IMG/VR virus record: IMGVR_UViG_3300027749_000038
Strand: one strand, 5' to 3'
Length of the DNA stretch: 64,000 nt
From: a virus
A model generated the notes under the pieces. That model ran no database searches, was not told the origin of the DNA, and was given only the letters and a program-made list of their open reading frames with translations. The position numbers and the translations under genes were made by a program. Position 1 is the first letter of the stretch. Each line of letters starts with the position of its first letter. This document shows, in pieces, positions 1 through 9,270 of this stretch.

Positions 1-179
1 AAGTATGGTCTGATTGGTCAGATAGCTGGTTTAAGGCTGAAGAATATAAAAATCGTATTTTTGATAATGAACTAAAACATGCTCAAGAGATAGCTAAATG
101 GTATAGTCAACATGACAAAAAGTGGAGAATTATAAAAGAAGAAATTAAAAGAACAGTTATGGAAGAATGCCATGGATAG
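1..179 (+). CDS. 5'-truncated hypothetical protein (frame from nt 3: VWSDWSDSWFKAEEYK...MEECHG*)
   Basis: Open frame from the window edge to TAG at 177-179, overlapping the next ATG (172). Confidence 0.55.
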   Translation, partial: VWSDWSDSWFKAEEYKNRIFDNELKHAQEIAKWYSQHDKKWRIIKEEIKRTVMEECHG

Positions 180-441
180 AGATCAACTATTAAAAGACTA
201 TGCTCGTATTATAGATGAGCAGAAAGAAGAGATTGAGAAGCTTCATGTAATTGCTGAAAAATGGGGATGGTTAAATACCAAATATATTATACAGATGCAG
301 AATCTAGAAGGAAAGTGGGTTAATTTAGAAGAGCATTCTACAAAGAAATTAGCAACTAGTGCTATGCCATATTATGGCAAAGACTTTTCATTAAGAATTA
401 TTGAAAGAAAATATAATGATTGGGTAGTTAAAGATATTTAA
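172..441 (+). CDS. hypothetical phage protein
   Basis: 89-aa ORF in a tightly packed + strand run. Confidence 0.75.
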   Translation: MDRDQLLKDYARIIDEQKEEIEKLHVIAEKWGWLNTKYIIQMQNLEGKWVNLEEHSTKKLATSAMPYYGKDFSLRIIERKYNDWVVKDI

Positions 442-452
442 TTGACATAATT

Positions 453-707
453 ATGATTCCCGAAAAAGATAAAAAATACTTGCTTGAATATGAGTTTGCT
501 GGCAAAACATACAAAGAGGTTGGAACTTTTGTAGCCACTGTTCTTACTCCTCATTATTTTGATGTTGATTGTGTTGAATACAAATTCAAAGTTGATGAAG
601 GACATATTGTAGTAAAAGAAAATGAAATCATCAGACGATATGTAACTGCTGAAGAAGCATTAGCTCAATACCATTGGCTTAAAGCAAATAGCAAAAGGAA
701 TAAATGA
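453..707 (+). CDS. hypothetical phage protein
   Basis: 84-aa ORF, stop overlaps next start. Confidence 0.75.
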   Translation: MIPEKDKKYLLEYEFAGKTYKEVGTFVATVLTPHYFDVDCVEYKFKVDEGHIVVKENEIIRRYVTAEEALAQYHWLKANSKRNK

Positions 708-997
708 TGACCAATGATCCAGAAATTCAAAGACAGTATCAAGAAGCAATGATTAATATGAGAAACGATTATCCAGAAGATTATAAAGGTCCAAAAGCTG
801 GCGGGTCAGAAGACGAAGAATGGTTAGCGGTTAGAGAGTATGATGCTTTTATGTATATTATATATGGCACATGGTCTTACTCGGATTTTGATTGTTGGTT
901 GGTTGCAAGAGATAGACATCATTACAAATTAGGAGGAGATGTAGCTGTTAATGCTCTAAAAGAAGTTTGGAAAAAATATCCTATAACAGTGAATTAA
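704..997 (+). CDS. hypothetical phage protein
   Basis: 97-aa ORF, ATGA overlap with upstream stop. Confidence 0.75.
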   Translation: MMTNDPEIQRQYQEAMINMRNDYPEDYKGPKAGGSEDEEWLAVREYDAFMYIIYGTWSYSDFDCWLVARDRHHYKLGGDVAVNALKEVWKKYPITVN

Positions 998-1029
998 AAT
1001 CTTAGCATGGTGTCTGATAAATAATAACA

Positions 1030-1611
1030 ATGAATTTTCTAAATTTGGTGGATGTATATATCACAGAAGCCTTGGATAATCCATACCCTTATGAATATAG
1101 TGATCTGGATGGTGGATTTGTTTTCTACCCAGACCCTACTAATAAAAATATATTCTATACAGTACAGACTCTTAGATACAATAAGTCAGCAGACAGTCCA
1201 AGTGAAAATGGTTATACATTAGAAATTCTATTTGATTATAATGACGAGTCTACAAAACAATATGGGGTGACCACCATGATCAATGCCAACAGAGGAGATC
1301 AATTTAGAATCATGGCAACAGTCAAAGATGTGGTAATAAAGTATTTGGCTGATAAGAGAAATTTAAATAAGATTGAAATAATCACCTTTACTTCTAAGAA
1401 TTTTGAAAAAGGTAAGACTCGTTTGTATAGTACCTTAGGTCAGATGTTAGCTCGCACCCTAGGAGCTGACTGGGAGTTTAGTACCGCTCCTGGTACTGGT
1501 GAAGATGCTGGTGCTGTCCGCTTTAATATCAAAAAGAAAGTAGTTACTGCTCCTAAACCAACTACAGCAAGGAGACAGGCAGAGAATCCAATTCGATACG
1601 CCGTGAAATAA
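1030..1611 (+). CDS. hypothetical late protein, putative virion-internal (leader MNFLNLVDVYITE|A)
   Basis: ATAAATA late motif at 1017-1023, 6 nt before ATG; T4-like I-T-E cleavage-type leader. Confidence 0.7.
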   Translation: MNFLNLVDVYITEALDNPYPYEYSDLDGGFVFYPDPTNKNIFYTVQTLRYNKSADSPSENGYTLEILFDYNDESTKQYGVTTMINANRGDQFRIMATVKDVVIKYLADKRNLNKIEIITFTSKNFEKGKTRLYSTLGQMLARTLGADWEFSTAPGTGEDAGAVRFNIKKKVVTAPKPTTARRQAENPIRYAVK

Positions 1612-1649
1612 TTCTTGAGTTTCCCCTCTTCCTCGCGTAATATTATTAC

Positions 1650-2207
1650 ATGATGAGCAAAACCAAAATTGTTTTAGAAGATAATCGAACTAATCGCAAA
1701 GTTGGAATGAATCGCCAAGGCCTTTCTGATTCTCCGTTCTTTGCTACCCGTAAGAATAGGGTTGCGTGGCCTACTTTACGTAAGGCTTATATGACGGATG
1801 ATAATGTTCCAGCTCTGAAGAAGTATGTTACAGGTAAAGGTCGTTCTATTGTATTCCTAGATGCTTTGTATGAGACCAAGTTGAATCGTTATGTTCGTAA
1901 AGACCCTTGGGAACGTGCTGTTTCTTTTGAATTTATGCTTCGTAAGAAAGGAGTCAAAGGAGCTATCCAGGCTTTGGTTTGGTTAGGTAATTTCCATAAC
2001 GGAAACATTGCCCATTTTGCTCCTCAATTTCCACAGATGCAATGTTGGATTGAAGCCTTAGGTTACGAAAGAGCCATGCGTTTCTTTGAAGAAGGTTGTT
2101 TTAATATCTATAAAGAAATTGCCAATATCCTATATGGAGGCAATATCTTAGATGAAGAAGTAAAAGAGTTTATTGATAATGGAAGTAAAGTTCTTGGTTT
2201 AGAATAA
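1650..2207 (+). CDS. early hypothetical protein
   Basis: 185-aa ORF starting 6 nt after the -10 box of the promoter at 1615. Confidence 0.8.
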   Translation: MMSKTKIVLEDNRTNRKVGMNRQGLSDSPFFATRKNRVAWPTLRKAYMTDDNVPALKKYVTGKGRSIVFLDALYETKLNRYVRKDPWERAVSFEFMLRKKGVKGAIQALVWLGNFHNGNIAHFAPQFPQMQCWIEALGYERAMRFFEEGCFNIYKEIANILYGGNILDEEVKEFIDNGSKVLGLE

Positions 2208-2229
2208 CTATTTGATAAATAAATATAGT

Positions 2230-2406
2230 ATGTCCTTTAATGCTTTTGTAAATTATATTCTAGATGAAATGGCTATGGTCAAGACCTCAGACCTCTCTAA
2301 TTGGCCTTATGAACACGGTGAAGGAGGAGGAGATCAAGTTCGTTCAAGGTCCAAGACAAAACCTACCAGAAGTCCGCTCAGTTCGGTAATCGCAAGCTAC
2401 AGGTGA
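2230..2406 (+). CDS. small late protein with CTS-like leader (MSFNAFVNYILDE|MA); possibly chimeric
   Basis: ATAAATA motifs at 2215/2219; 3' half overlaps a better-looking alternative frame. Confidence 0.45.
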   Translation: MSFNAFVNYILDEMAMVKTSDLSNWPYEHGEGGGDQVRSRSKTKPTRSPLSSVIASYR

Positions 2407-2502
2407 TTACCCGAAACCGCAAGAGCTATTCCCGTAAATCTAAATTCAAGGAGGATTTAGATTAGTCTGGAAGTTCCCACCAACCTGTATTACTATAACT
2501 CT

Positions 2503-2724
2503 ATGCTAAAAGAAATGATTGAAGCTATTAGGCAAACCGCTCGGGAACGTTATGAAACCTCTTATGGTTGGCAGGTCATTGAGGAATGTTATACAGACCA
2601 GGAATTAGAAGAAGATATAACAGAATATAATCTCCAGACAGTGGAAGAAGCTATTCTACATTTCGATAGCATTGCTAGACTCCGAACAGAACGATTTGAA
2701 GAAGCTCAATCAGAAATTTTTTAA
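2503..2724 (+). CDS. early acidic hypothetical protein
   Basis: ORF starts 6 nt after the TACTAT -10 box. Confidence 0.8.
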   Translation: MLKEMIEAIRQTARERYETSYGWQVIEECYTDQELEEDITEYNLQTVEEAILHFDSIARLRTERFEEAQSEIF

Positions 2725-2726
2725 TT

Positions 2727-3056
2727 ATGGCTACACGATCCTATATTGCAATCAAAGAAGAAGACAATTCTTACCAAGGTATCTATTGTCATTGGGATGG
2801 TTATCCATCTGGAGTTGGTGCTACATTAGCAGAACATTATAAACTTCAAGATAAAGTTAAAGTGTTGATTAGTAAAGGCGGTTTATCTAGCTTAGGACCC
2901 ACTCTTAAGGAAAGTGAGTTTTATACAGACCGCGGAGAAGATCTTAGAGTAAATACATTTTCCAATTCAGATGAATTAAAAGTGTATGCTAAGGAATCTT
3001 GGTGTGAATATCTCTACATCTTTGAAGACGGAAAATGGTCCACTGAGAAGATTTGA
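2727..3056 (+). CDS. conserved phage early protein (MATRSYI...IYCHWDGYP family)
   Basis: Recognisable YCHWDGYP motif family of phage hypothetical proteins. Confidence 0.85.
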   Translation: MATRSYIAIKEEDNSYQGIYCHWDGYPSGVGATLAEHYKLQDKVKVLISKGGLSSLGPTLKESEFYTDRGEDLRVNTFSNSDELKVYAKESWCEYLYIFEDGKWSTEKI

Positions 3057-3092
3057 CGAGAGGTTCCCCACAACCTCAGCTAAGATATTTAC

Positions 3093-3323
3093 ATGATGGA
3101 TTCCAAACAATACGACGCAGCACTCCTCCGCCTCTTCACCCTCAGCAACAAATACATCGTTCCTGGTTCTAAAGAGGACCGAGAGTTCCGGGAATTGTCT
3201 ATGCAGGTCGAAGCCTATCAGGACTCTCATAACCAGGAAAGTCAAGACGAATACGAGGTCCGATGCCTCCAGCAGGAGATGGACTCCTTCGAGGACCGTT
3301 TCCTCGCTTCCATGGAGCGATAA
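3093..3323 (+). CDS. early hypothetical protein
   Basis: Follows the promoter copy at 3058. Confidence 0.75.
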   Translation: MMDSKQYDAALLRLFTLSNKYIVPGSKEDREFRELSMQVEAYQDSHNQESQDEYEVRCLQQEMDSFEDRFLASMER

Positions 3324-3326
3324 GCG

Positions 3327-3917
3327 TTAAAACTTATCACGTTTAGATATATTATCCTTTGCCCATAACGGTTGAAGGTTAGTATAATGATTGGCCTTTT
3401 TAACTTCTTCTGGATTTGATAGGTCAAAGCTAGTTAGAGGTTTGATATGGTCTATGTGCCAAGTGTATAAACCATAATTCTCCCAAGACATACCTTCTTT
3501 GAATTGAGATTCTATATGTTTGACCACTTCTTCTAAAGGACATCCGAAGGTTTCTTTTGTTCTAATGGTTTTACCAGTAGCAGTTTTCTTTAAGACATCT
3601 TGAATTCTATTTCGGAGATTACATAATAACCTATAAGCCGGATCATTTGCTTTACGTTGTTTGTGATATTCATTACGGTATTGTGGGTTCTTTGAATGCC
3701 ACTTTATCATATTTGCCTTCACTCTCGGTTTGATTACATCCTTATTGTTTTCATAGTATTTTTTAGAATAACTGGAATAGTATTCTTTTCTAGAGATGTA
3801 TCTACAAGATTTGCACTTTGTTCCCTTTCCGTTCTCCGGAAAGTATTCAATAGATTTTTGTTCAGAACAAACTGAACAAACTTTTACGAGATTGGTGGTA
3901 TGGTTATTAGTTGACAT
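3327..3917 (-). mobile_element. free-standing HNH homing endonuclease (paralog of 15400..15984)
   Basis: N-terminal CxxC/CxxC, C-terminal WHIDHIKPL...NHYTNLQPLWAKDN; antisense to the early array; ATAAGTA motif upstream. Confidence 0.88.
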
Positions 3918-3931
3918 AAGCATAAATACTT

Positions 3932-3992
3932 ATCTCCAGGGACCGGGTATTGGTTAACATAAGCAATTAAACGAGCAAAGGTCCCTGGAGAT
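3932..3992. repeat. 13-bp perfect inverted repeat with 35-nt loop upstream of the HNH gene
   Basis: atctccagggacc (3932-3944) / ggtccctggagat (3980-3992). Confidence 0.95.
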
Positions 3993-4040
3993 TCTTTTTG
4001 AGGTGAGGTTCCCCGTAACTTGGGTTATGATTATTTCAAG

Positions 4041-4505
4041 ATGAGAAACACATTCACGCCCACGCAAGCCAATCAGAAACAGCACAATCGCAACGTCATT
4101 GACGTCCTCAGCTACGCCCTCGCGCATGCTGAACGAGGGACGTTGTTTACTCCTTCTAATTGTAATAACATTCCAGAGGTTGTTGTAGGAGGAGAGCAGA
4201 ATGGAGTGGTCACTTATGATACTCCTGGGAAGTTCTCTTTACCTACGAAGATCAATGGCAACCCAGTTCCTCAGAAGCATGCAGGCTTCAAGGTCCGTAC
4301 GAGGATTGTTAAGGTCCAGTCTCCTGGGAATGGAGCCTATGCTTTCAAGGTTAAGACGGGAAGAGATCTTGAAGTCACGGTGTTTTGTAATAGGCTCCAG
4401 GATGAGGGGGTGTATTACTCTTGTGAAGCTAATTGGAAGCAGGGAACTGAAGTTCTCGGGAAGATCCAATATCGCATCAACCCAAATTTAGTGACGCTTG
4501 AATAG
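4041..4505 (+). CDS. early hypothetical protein
   Basis: Start reassigned to ATG 4041 behind the promoter copy at 4003. Confidence 0.75.
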   Translation: MRNTFTPTQANQKQHNRNVIDVLSYALAHAERGTLFTPSNCNNIPEVVVGGEQNGVVTYDTPGKFSLPTKINGNPVPQKHAGFKVRTRIVKVQSPGNGAYAFKVKTGRDLEVTVFCNRLQDEGVYYSCEANWKQGTEVLGKIQYRINPNLVTLE

Positions 4506-4543
4506 AGCTTGCGGTTCCCCATAACCTCAGCTAAGATATTAAC

Positions 4544-5452
4544 ATGATGAAAGTAATTAAAGCAGCTACGAAGTTCCAACGCGTTGGTGAGATTGTTGTT
4601 CCGGATGTTTTTAATCGCCGGTTCAAGACAGGAGTTAATGATTTGGATGTAGCTTTGGGTGGAGATGGATTTGTTCCTGGTTCTACCTTTACCTTAGCTG
4701 GAGAGCCTGGAGCTGGTAAGACCACTTTGCTCCTCCAGGTTTTAGAATTGTTAGAAAAGTCTGGAAAGCATACTGCTTATATCTCCGGAGAAGAATCTAT
4801 CTATCAGTTAGCTTTTGTAGCTCATCGTCTACAATTGCAGAAGGTCTCTATTGCTAATATGACTTGTATCGAAGATATCTTTGATTCGGTTAAGGAGAAT
4901 AATTTCGGTATGATTGTTTTAGATTCTCTTCCTTCTCTTCGTTCTCGTGATGAAGATTTGAGAGGTAAAGCTCTAGAAGAATATCTTGCTAATTATATTA
5001 CCGCTACCGCTAAAGAATATGAAGTGGTTGTAGGTATTGTTCTTCATATTACTAAGCAAGGAAAGTATAAGGGTTCTACTCTTCTTCCTCATTCTGTAGA
5101 TGCTAATATCATGCTTCGTAAGTCAGAAGAAGATTATGCGGTTCGAGAAATTGAAGTAACGAAGAATCGTTTCGGTAGTGCTGGTTTTACCGTGTTTCCT
5201 ATATCTAATACCGGATTCGTATTTGAATCTTTGGAAGCATCAGATGAAGAAGGTCCTAAGGTTTCTAAAGCTAAGAAGACCTCTGATGATGTCTTAGAAT
5301 ATGTATCCAGTCATGGATCTATCAATGCTAGTGAAGCTGCTAAAGTGATTGGAGATGTATCTAAGGTACAGAAGATTATGAAAGATCTAGTGAATGCTGG
5401 ATTGCTTAATCGAGAAGGTCGCGCAGCTAATACGGTTTGGAGCGCTGCATAG
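4544..5452 (+). CDS. radA: RadA/Sms-like RecA-family ATPase lacking the Zn finger and Lon-like domain; probable C-terminal winged helix
   Basis: Walker A GEPGAGKT, YISGEES, Walker B IVLDS, KNRFG motif. Confidence 0.85.
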   Translation: MMKVIKAATKFQRVGEIVVPDVFNRRFKTGVNDLDVALGGDGFVPGSTFTLAGEPGAGKTTLLLQVLELLEKSGKHTAYISGEESIYQLAFVAHRLQLQKVSIANMTCIEDIFDSVKENNFGMIVLDSLPSLRSRDEDLRGKALEEYLANYITATAKEYEVVVGIVLHITKQGKYKGSTLLPHSVDANIMLRKSEEDYAVREIEVTKNRFGSAGFTVFPISNTGFVFESLEASDEEGPKVSKAKKTSDDVLEYVSSHGSINASEAAKVIGDVSKVQKIMKDLVNAGLLNREGRAANTVWSAA

Positions 5453-5595
5453 ACTAGCGATTCTGCGCGCTATAACGCGATTGTACAGGCTTTGTTGTCT
5501 CCTTCGATAGAGGAGCACAGGCCTCCTCTCAAAGCCTTTGTAACTCAGTTTTTCAGTTCTTGCGTTTCCCCATATCCTCTGCTAAGATTATCACA

Positions 5596-6036
5596 ATGAA
5601 AGTAACAATCACCACCACACGCGAAGTTAATCAATCCGGACGTTCCAAGATGGGACGGAGTCTTATCTATATCAAATCTCCGTTGGATGATCTCACGGAT
5701 AAGTTTGCTTGTAATTACGGAGTATATGGTTTGAAGTTTAAGAGCAAGACCTGGAATAAAGTCTGTCGTCAAGTTAATAAGACTCACATTGTTGAATTGA
5801 AGAAGTTGTTTCCAGAAGCTTTGGAGATTAAGTTCTCCGCTAAGGCTGGATGTAATTGTGGATGCAGCCCTTCCTACGTAATGAAACATGAACCCAATCA
5901 ATGGGGTAAAAACTTCTGGGTGAATATCGAAGCTTCTGAAGTAGAATTGAGTATGATATGGAGTAGTATCAATTGTCTTCGGTTCCAATTAGAATTGAAG
6001 AAGGAGATCCGAGATCACGAGACCGTTGCTGCTTGA
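5596..6036 (+). CDS. early hypothetical protein (AGCNCGCSP motif)
   Basis: Start reassigned to ATG 7 nt after the -10 box; stop overlaps the next -35. Confidence 0.8.
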   Translation: MKVTITTTREVNQSGRSKMGRSLIYIKSPLDDLTDKFACNYGVYGLKFKSKTWNKVCRQVNKTHIVELKKLFPEALEIKFSAKAGCNCGCSPSYVMKHEPNQWGKNFWVNIEASEVELSMIWSSINCLRFQLELKKEIRDHETVAA

Positions 6037-6068
6037 GGTTCCCCACATTAGCCTTTATTATCTTAATA

Positions 6069-6296
6069 ATGAACGAACAAATCACCTCCACAGTCTTCTG
6101 CCTCTTCTATGACAAGCAATATGAAGGCTCAGATCTCCTGGGTATCTTCCTTACGAAAGCAGAAGCTGAGACAGCTCGACAGACAGAGCTAGCTCGCCAC
6201 CTTAAACATCTTCCAGAAGATGAGCAAGAAGACGAACGAGAGTACTTCGAAGTGATCTTATGCATCACTGAAGTGCCAGTAGGCAAACTCCGGTAA
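6069..6296 (+). CDS. early small protein (VFxLxxxxxEGSDLLGIFxTKAEA family)
   Basis: Behind the promoter copy at 6033. Confidence 0.8.
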   Translation: MNEQITSTVFCLFYDKQYEGSDLLGIFLTKAEAETARQTELARHLKHLPEDEQEDEREYFEVILCITEVPVGKLR

Positions 6297-6336
6297 TCTT
6301 CTTGCAGTTCCTCGTATAAACCGTTAAGATATTTAC

Positions 6337-6552
6337 ATGATGAAGAACATGATTGATCCAAATTGGAACCTCCTCGCAGAAAATCAATTAGTCGGGGATG
6401 GATGTGGGTTTTGGGTTTTCCGGGACCTGTATGAAACTCAAGAGGGAAAGCGAGTTTCTGTTAAGAAGAGCAAGACCATTTGTGAAAAAGTGTATAAGAA
6501 TTCTGGGAAGACCGAAGCCCAGATCCTGGAAGAAAATCTCCTGAGCAAGTAA
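6337..6552 (+). CDS. early hypothetical protein
   Basis: Behind the promoter copy at 6302. Confidence 0.8.
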   Translation: MMKNMIDPNWNLLAENQLVGDGCGFWVFRDLYETQEGKRVSVKKSKTICEKVYKNSGKTEAQILEENLLSK

Positions 6553-6590
6553 GCCTGGCAGTTCCCATTATAAACCCCTAAGATATTTAC

Positions 6591-6950
6591 ATGATGAAAG
6601 CACAGAAAAACACGTTAATCGCAAGCGCAGACAAGATGACCATTCGGTATCGGGAAGCTATGATGGATTTCCTGAATGATACCCAAGGAGATCAATCAGT
6701 AGAAGATTTCGCTCGAGACCTTCTTAATCTAAGCAGAGCTCTTCAGAATCTTTCTTCTAAGGTTTCTAATACATCTTTAATAGCTTTCAAAGATGAATTA
6801 GCTGCTGGATATACTATGATGATGTTTGATAGTAAAGAGTTTGATCAGCTAGAAGCTTGGAGCGTTGCTGGAGAAGATTTCCAGATTGTTATCTTCCGCG
6901 AAGATGGATCTCCAGTAGGTGTTGTTCAAAAGAAAGAAACCAACTGGTAA
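6591..6950 (+). CDS. early hypothetical protein
   Basis: Behind the promoter copy at 6556. Confidence 0.8.
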   Translation: MMKAQKNTLIASADKMTIRYREAMMDFLNDTQGDQSVEDFARDLLNLSRALQNLSSKVSNTSLIAFKDELAAGYTMMMFDSKEFDQLEAWSVAGEDFQIVIFREDGSPVGVVQKKETNW

Positions 6951-7028
6951 GATTTGTTATACCTATGATTATTCTAATCTTATTTTGGTTTGTTTTTATG
7001 TTACACTTTCAGGATAAGTAATAAAAAT

Positions 7029-7526
7029 ATGAGAAACAAAGATACTATTTTATTAGAACAAGCTTATGAAGCAGTCTATAAACAAAAGACTCTTAATGAA
7101 TCTATAAGCCAAGACGAAGCTAATAATCTTATACAAGGTTTTAATATGCTTGGACCCCGTAAACAAAAGGCATTTGAAGATTTACAAGGTTTAGTTGGTA
7201 AAGAAGTATCTTTGTCTAGGGCCACAAGACTCAAACAATCTACTGGTTACGGGCGCGATGATGGTAGCGCAACAGTTCCTGGTTCAGGTGGTAGTGTTGC
7301 TCATACAGAGACAGAATCAGAGGATAGTGTATTCGCACAAGGTGTTATCCAAGACGTTAAACAATCTTCTGGTGAAGATGATTACACCAAGAATGGTAAT
7401 TTGATTTTAACCATTAACGATCAAGACTATAATGTTAATCAAGGGACCACAGTTAAGGTAAAGTTCTTGGAAGATTCTACAGCTGAAGTTCATGCAGCCG
7501 GTGGTAGAAGTTTCTACAATCAGTAA
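7029..7526 (+). CDS. putative virion-internal protein with MRNKDTILLEQAY leader
   Basis: ATAAGTA at 7014; leader shared with five other genes. Confidence 0.75.
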   Translation: MRNKDTILLEQAYEAVYKQKTLNESISQDEANNLIQGFNMLGPRKQKAFEDLQGLVGKEVSLSRATRLKQSTGYGRDDGSATVPGSGGSVAHTETESEDSVFAQGVIQDVKQSSGEDDYTKNGNLILTINDQDYNVNQGTTVKVKFLEDSTAEVHAAGGRSFYNQ

Positions 7527-7527
7527 C

Positions 7528-8073
7528 ATGAGAACCAAAGATTCTATTTTATTAGAACAGGCTTATGCAAAGGTATTGGAGTCTAATGCTTTGAGCGTTA
7601 ATAAGGCAAAGGTTAATAGAGACCCAGAAGTCCTGGCAAAGATGTTTAAGAACCTTTCTACTAGAGCTGAGTTCTTTGGTTCTATACACGGTTTAGCTTT
7701 TGGAGAAGAAAATTGGTCTAGAGAGAAGTCTATTAGTAAAGACCTAAAGAATGGAAATCTCCAAGATCTATTGATGGAAGCTCCTCAAGTAATTAAAGAT
7801 TTAGCCAATCAAGGATATGATTGGACTCGTATCTTTCTCAGCACACATAAGGTATTAGACCCAGAACATCCAAACATGGGTCGTACAGCTCAACTAACTG
7901 ATATTACCAACACAGTTACTTTAATTCATAACTCTAGTCATATACTCATCAGAGCTTATGATTCATTTGGTATTATGCCATCTAAGGAATTGAAAGTAGA
8001 CAAGACAAGTATTCCAGGTGCTTTGAATAAAGCCGAGTCCTTGCTCGCGAGTCTCTACGGCGTTCAACAGTGA
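7528..8073 (+). CDS. putative virion-internal protein with MRTKDSILLEQAY leader
   Basis: Shared leader; 1 nt after the upstream stop. Confidence 0.75.
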   Translation: MRTKDSILLEQAYAKVLESNALSVNKAKVNRDPEVLAKMFKNLSTRAEFFGSIHGLAFGEENWSREKSISKDLKNGNLQDLLMEAPQVIKDLANQGYDWTRIFLSTHKVLDPEHPNMGRTAQLTDITNTVTLIHNSSHILIRAYDSFGIMPSKELKVDKTSIPGALNKAESLLASLYGVQQ

Positions 8074-8104
8074 CCTTCCCCACATCATCCTGTAAGATAT
8101 TTAC

Positions 8105-8383
8105 ATGATGAAAAAGAACATTCGTGTTGAAGCAGTAAAAGAAGCGCTCCGTAATCCTTATACGTTTCCAGGAGCTTATCCATTAACCTTTGTAGCATAT
8201 GACGGTCGCTTATGTGGTAAGTGTGTTCGCAGTAACTTCCGAGCTGTGGTTAATGATACCAGGGATAATAAGGGTCCATGGAACCTACATGTAGATGTCC
8301 TCTGGGAAGGGGTAGCTTATTGTAATGATTGCGGAACAGAGATTGAATCCGCTTATGGGTCGGTTGAAGAGGAGGTAGAATAA
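8105..8383 (+). CDS. early protein with CxxC...CxxC (Zn-ribbon-like)
   Basis: PYTFPGAYP, CGKC, CNDC; promoter copy at 8070. Confidence 0.8.
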   Translation: MMKKNIRVEAVKEALRNPYTFPGAYPLTFVAYDGRLCGKCVRSNFRAVVNDTRDNKGPWNLHVDVLWEGVAYCNDCGTEIESAYGSVEEEVE

Positions 8384-8384
8384 T

Positions 8385-8606
8385 ATGACTAAAGAACCAT
8401 CACAAATTATCTTGCAAGTTGCAGCAGCTTATGGCTTTGAAGTAAAGTATGTAGAACCTTTGGATAAGTGGATCATCAAAGCCAAATTGTCTGGATGGTC
8501 TGGAGTTGAATTCTATTGGGATTCTACCTATAATGAACAAGACTTCTTTGATGAATTGAGATCTGCCTTTAATCAAGAAGGAGTAGAAAAACAAATCACA
8601 TACTAA
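8385..8606 (+). CDS. hypothetical protein
   Basis: 73-aa ORF 1 nt after the upstream stop. Confidence 0.7.
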   Translation: MTKEPSQIILQVAAAYGFEVKYVEPLDKWIIKAKLSGWSGVEFYWDSTYNEQDFFDELRSAFNQEGVEKQITY

Positions 8607-8607
8607 T

Positions 8608-8832
8608 ATGAACGTAATAAAAGCAAATACCTATACCTTCTTTCTTGGCTTCCTAGAAGATGATGAATTCTGGAGTGTATCTCAATTTGATGATCAAGAC
8701 AAAGCTCAAGATGCTTTTGAACATTATCGAATGGCTTATCCTAAACGCATTGTCCAATTGATTCAAGAGATCAAGATGCATAAAGTATTGGAGACCCATT
8801 ACCCGATCGGTCAAACCCTTCGGCATGATTAG
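8608..8832 (+). CDS. hypothetical protein
   Basis: 74-aa ORF 1 nt after the upstream stop. Confidence 0.7.
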   Translation: MNVIKANTYTFFLGFLEDDEFWSVSQFDDQDKAQDAFEHYRMAYPKRIVQLIQEIKMHKVLETHYPIGQTLRHD

Positions 8833-8870
8833 TTCTTGTGTTTCCCCATTACCTTCGCTAAGATATTTAC

Positions 8871-9116
8871 ATGATGAAAATCAAATCAAAACAAAAGCTC
8901 CGCATCATTCGTCACTTCCCAACTAGTGAGACCAGCTCTGGAAGTCATAATATGATTGTGAATTGTACCTACGGTAAGCTGGATGAAACTGTGGACTATT
9001 GGACCGCATGTGCTGTAGAAGAAGCGGTACAGACTATTGCGAGCGATCGATTCCAATATAAAGGAATCAGTGCTACCTTCCTAGGGATTAGTCTTCAGGT
9101 TGATTTGATTGATTAA
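8871..9116 (+). CDS. early hypothetical protein
   Basis: Promoter copy at 8836. Confidence 0.75.
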   Translation: MMKIKSKQKLRIIRHFPTSETSSGSHNMIVNCTYGKLDETVDYWTACAVEEAVQTIASDRFQYKGISATFLGISLQVDLID

Positions 9117-9120
9117 CATT

Positions 9121-9270
9121 ATGACTGAACATCAAGTAGAAATCTGGGTAGAGATGCAAATAGATCGATTGGATATGAAGTATACTCTTGGTCGCCTTAC
9201 AGAGGAAGAGTACCGTTTAGAGGTCCAAAAGATCAGTAAAGAGGCCGAAAAACTCTTGAAAAATGGGTAA
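9121..9270 (+). CDS. 49-aa hypothetical protein (MTEHQVEIWVEMQIDRLDMKY...)
   Basis: Short ORF read manually, below the track cutoff. Confidence 0.6.
   Translation: MTEHQVEIWVEMQIDRLDMKYTLGRLTEEEYRLEVQKISKEAEKLLKNG

Noticed and set aside
3327-3995. IscB/omegaRNA identity for the HNH plus upstream structure
   Set aside because: No PLMP or split RuvC motifs; protein ~195 aa; the visible element is only ~60 nt
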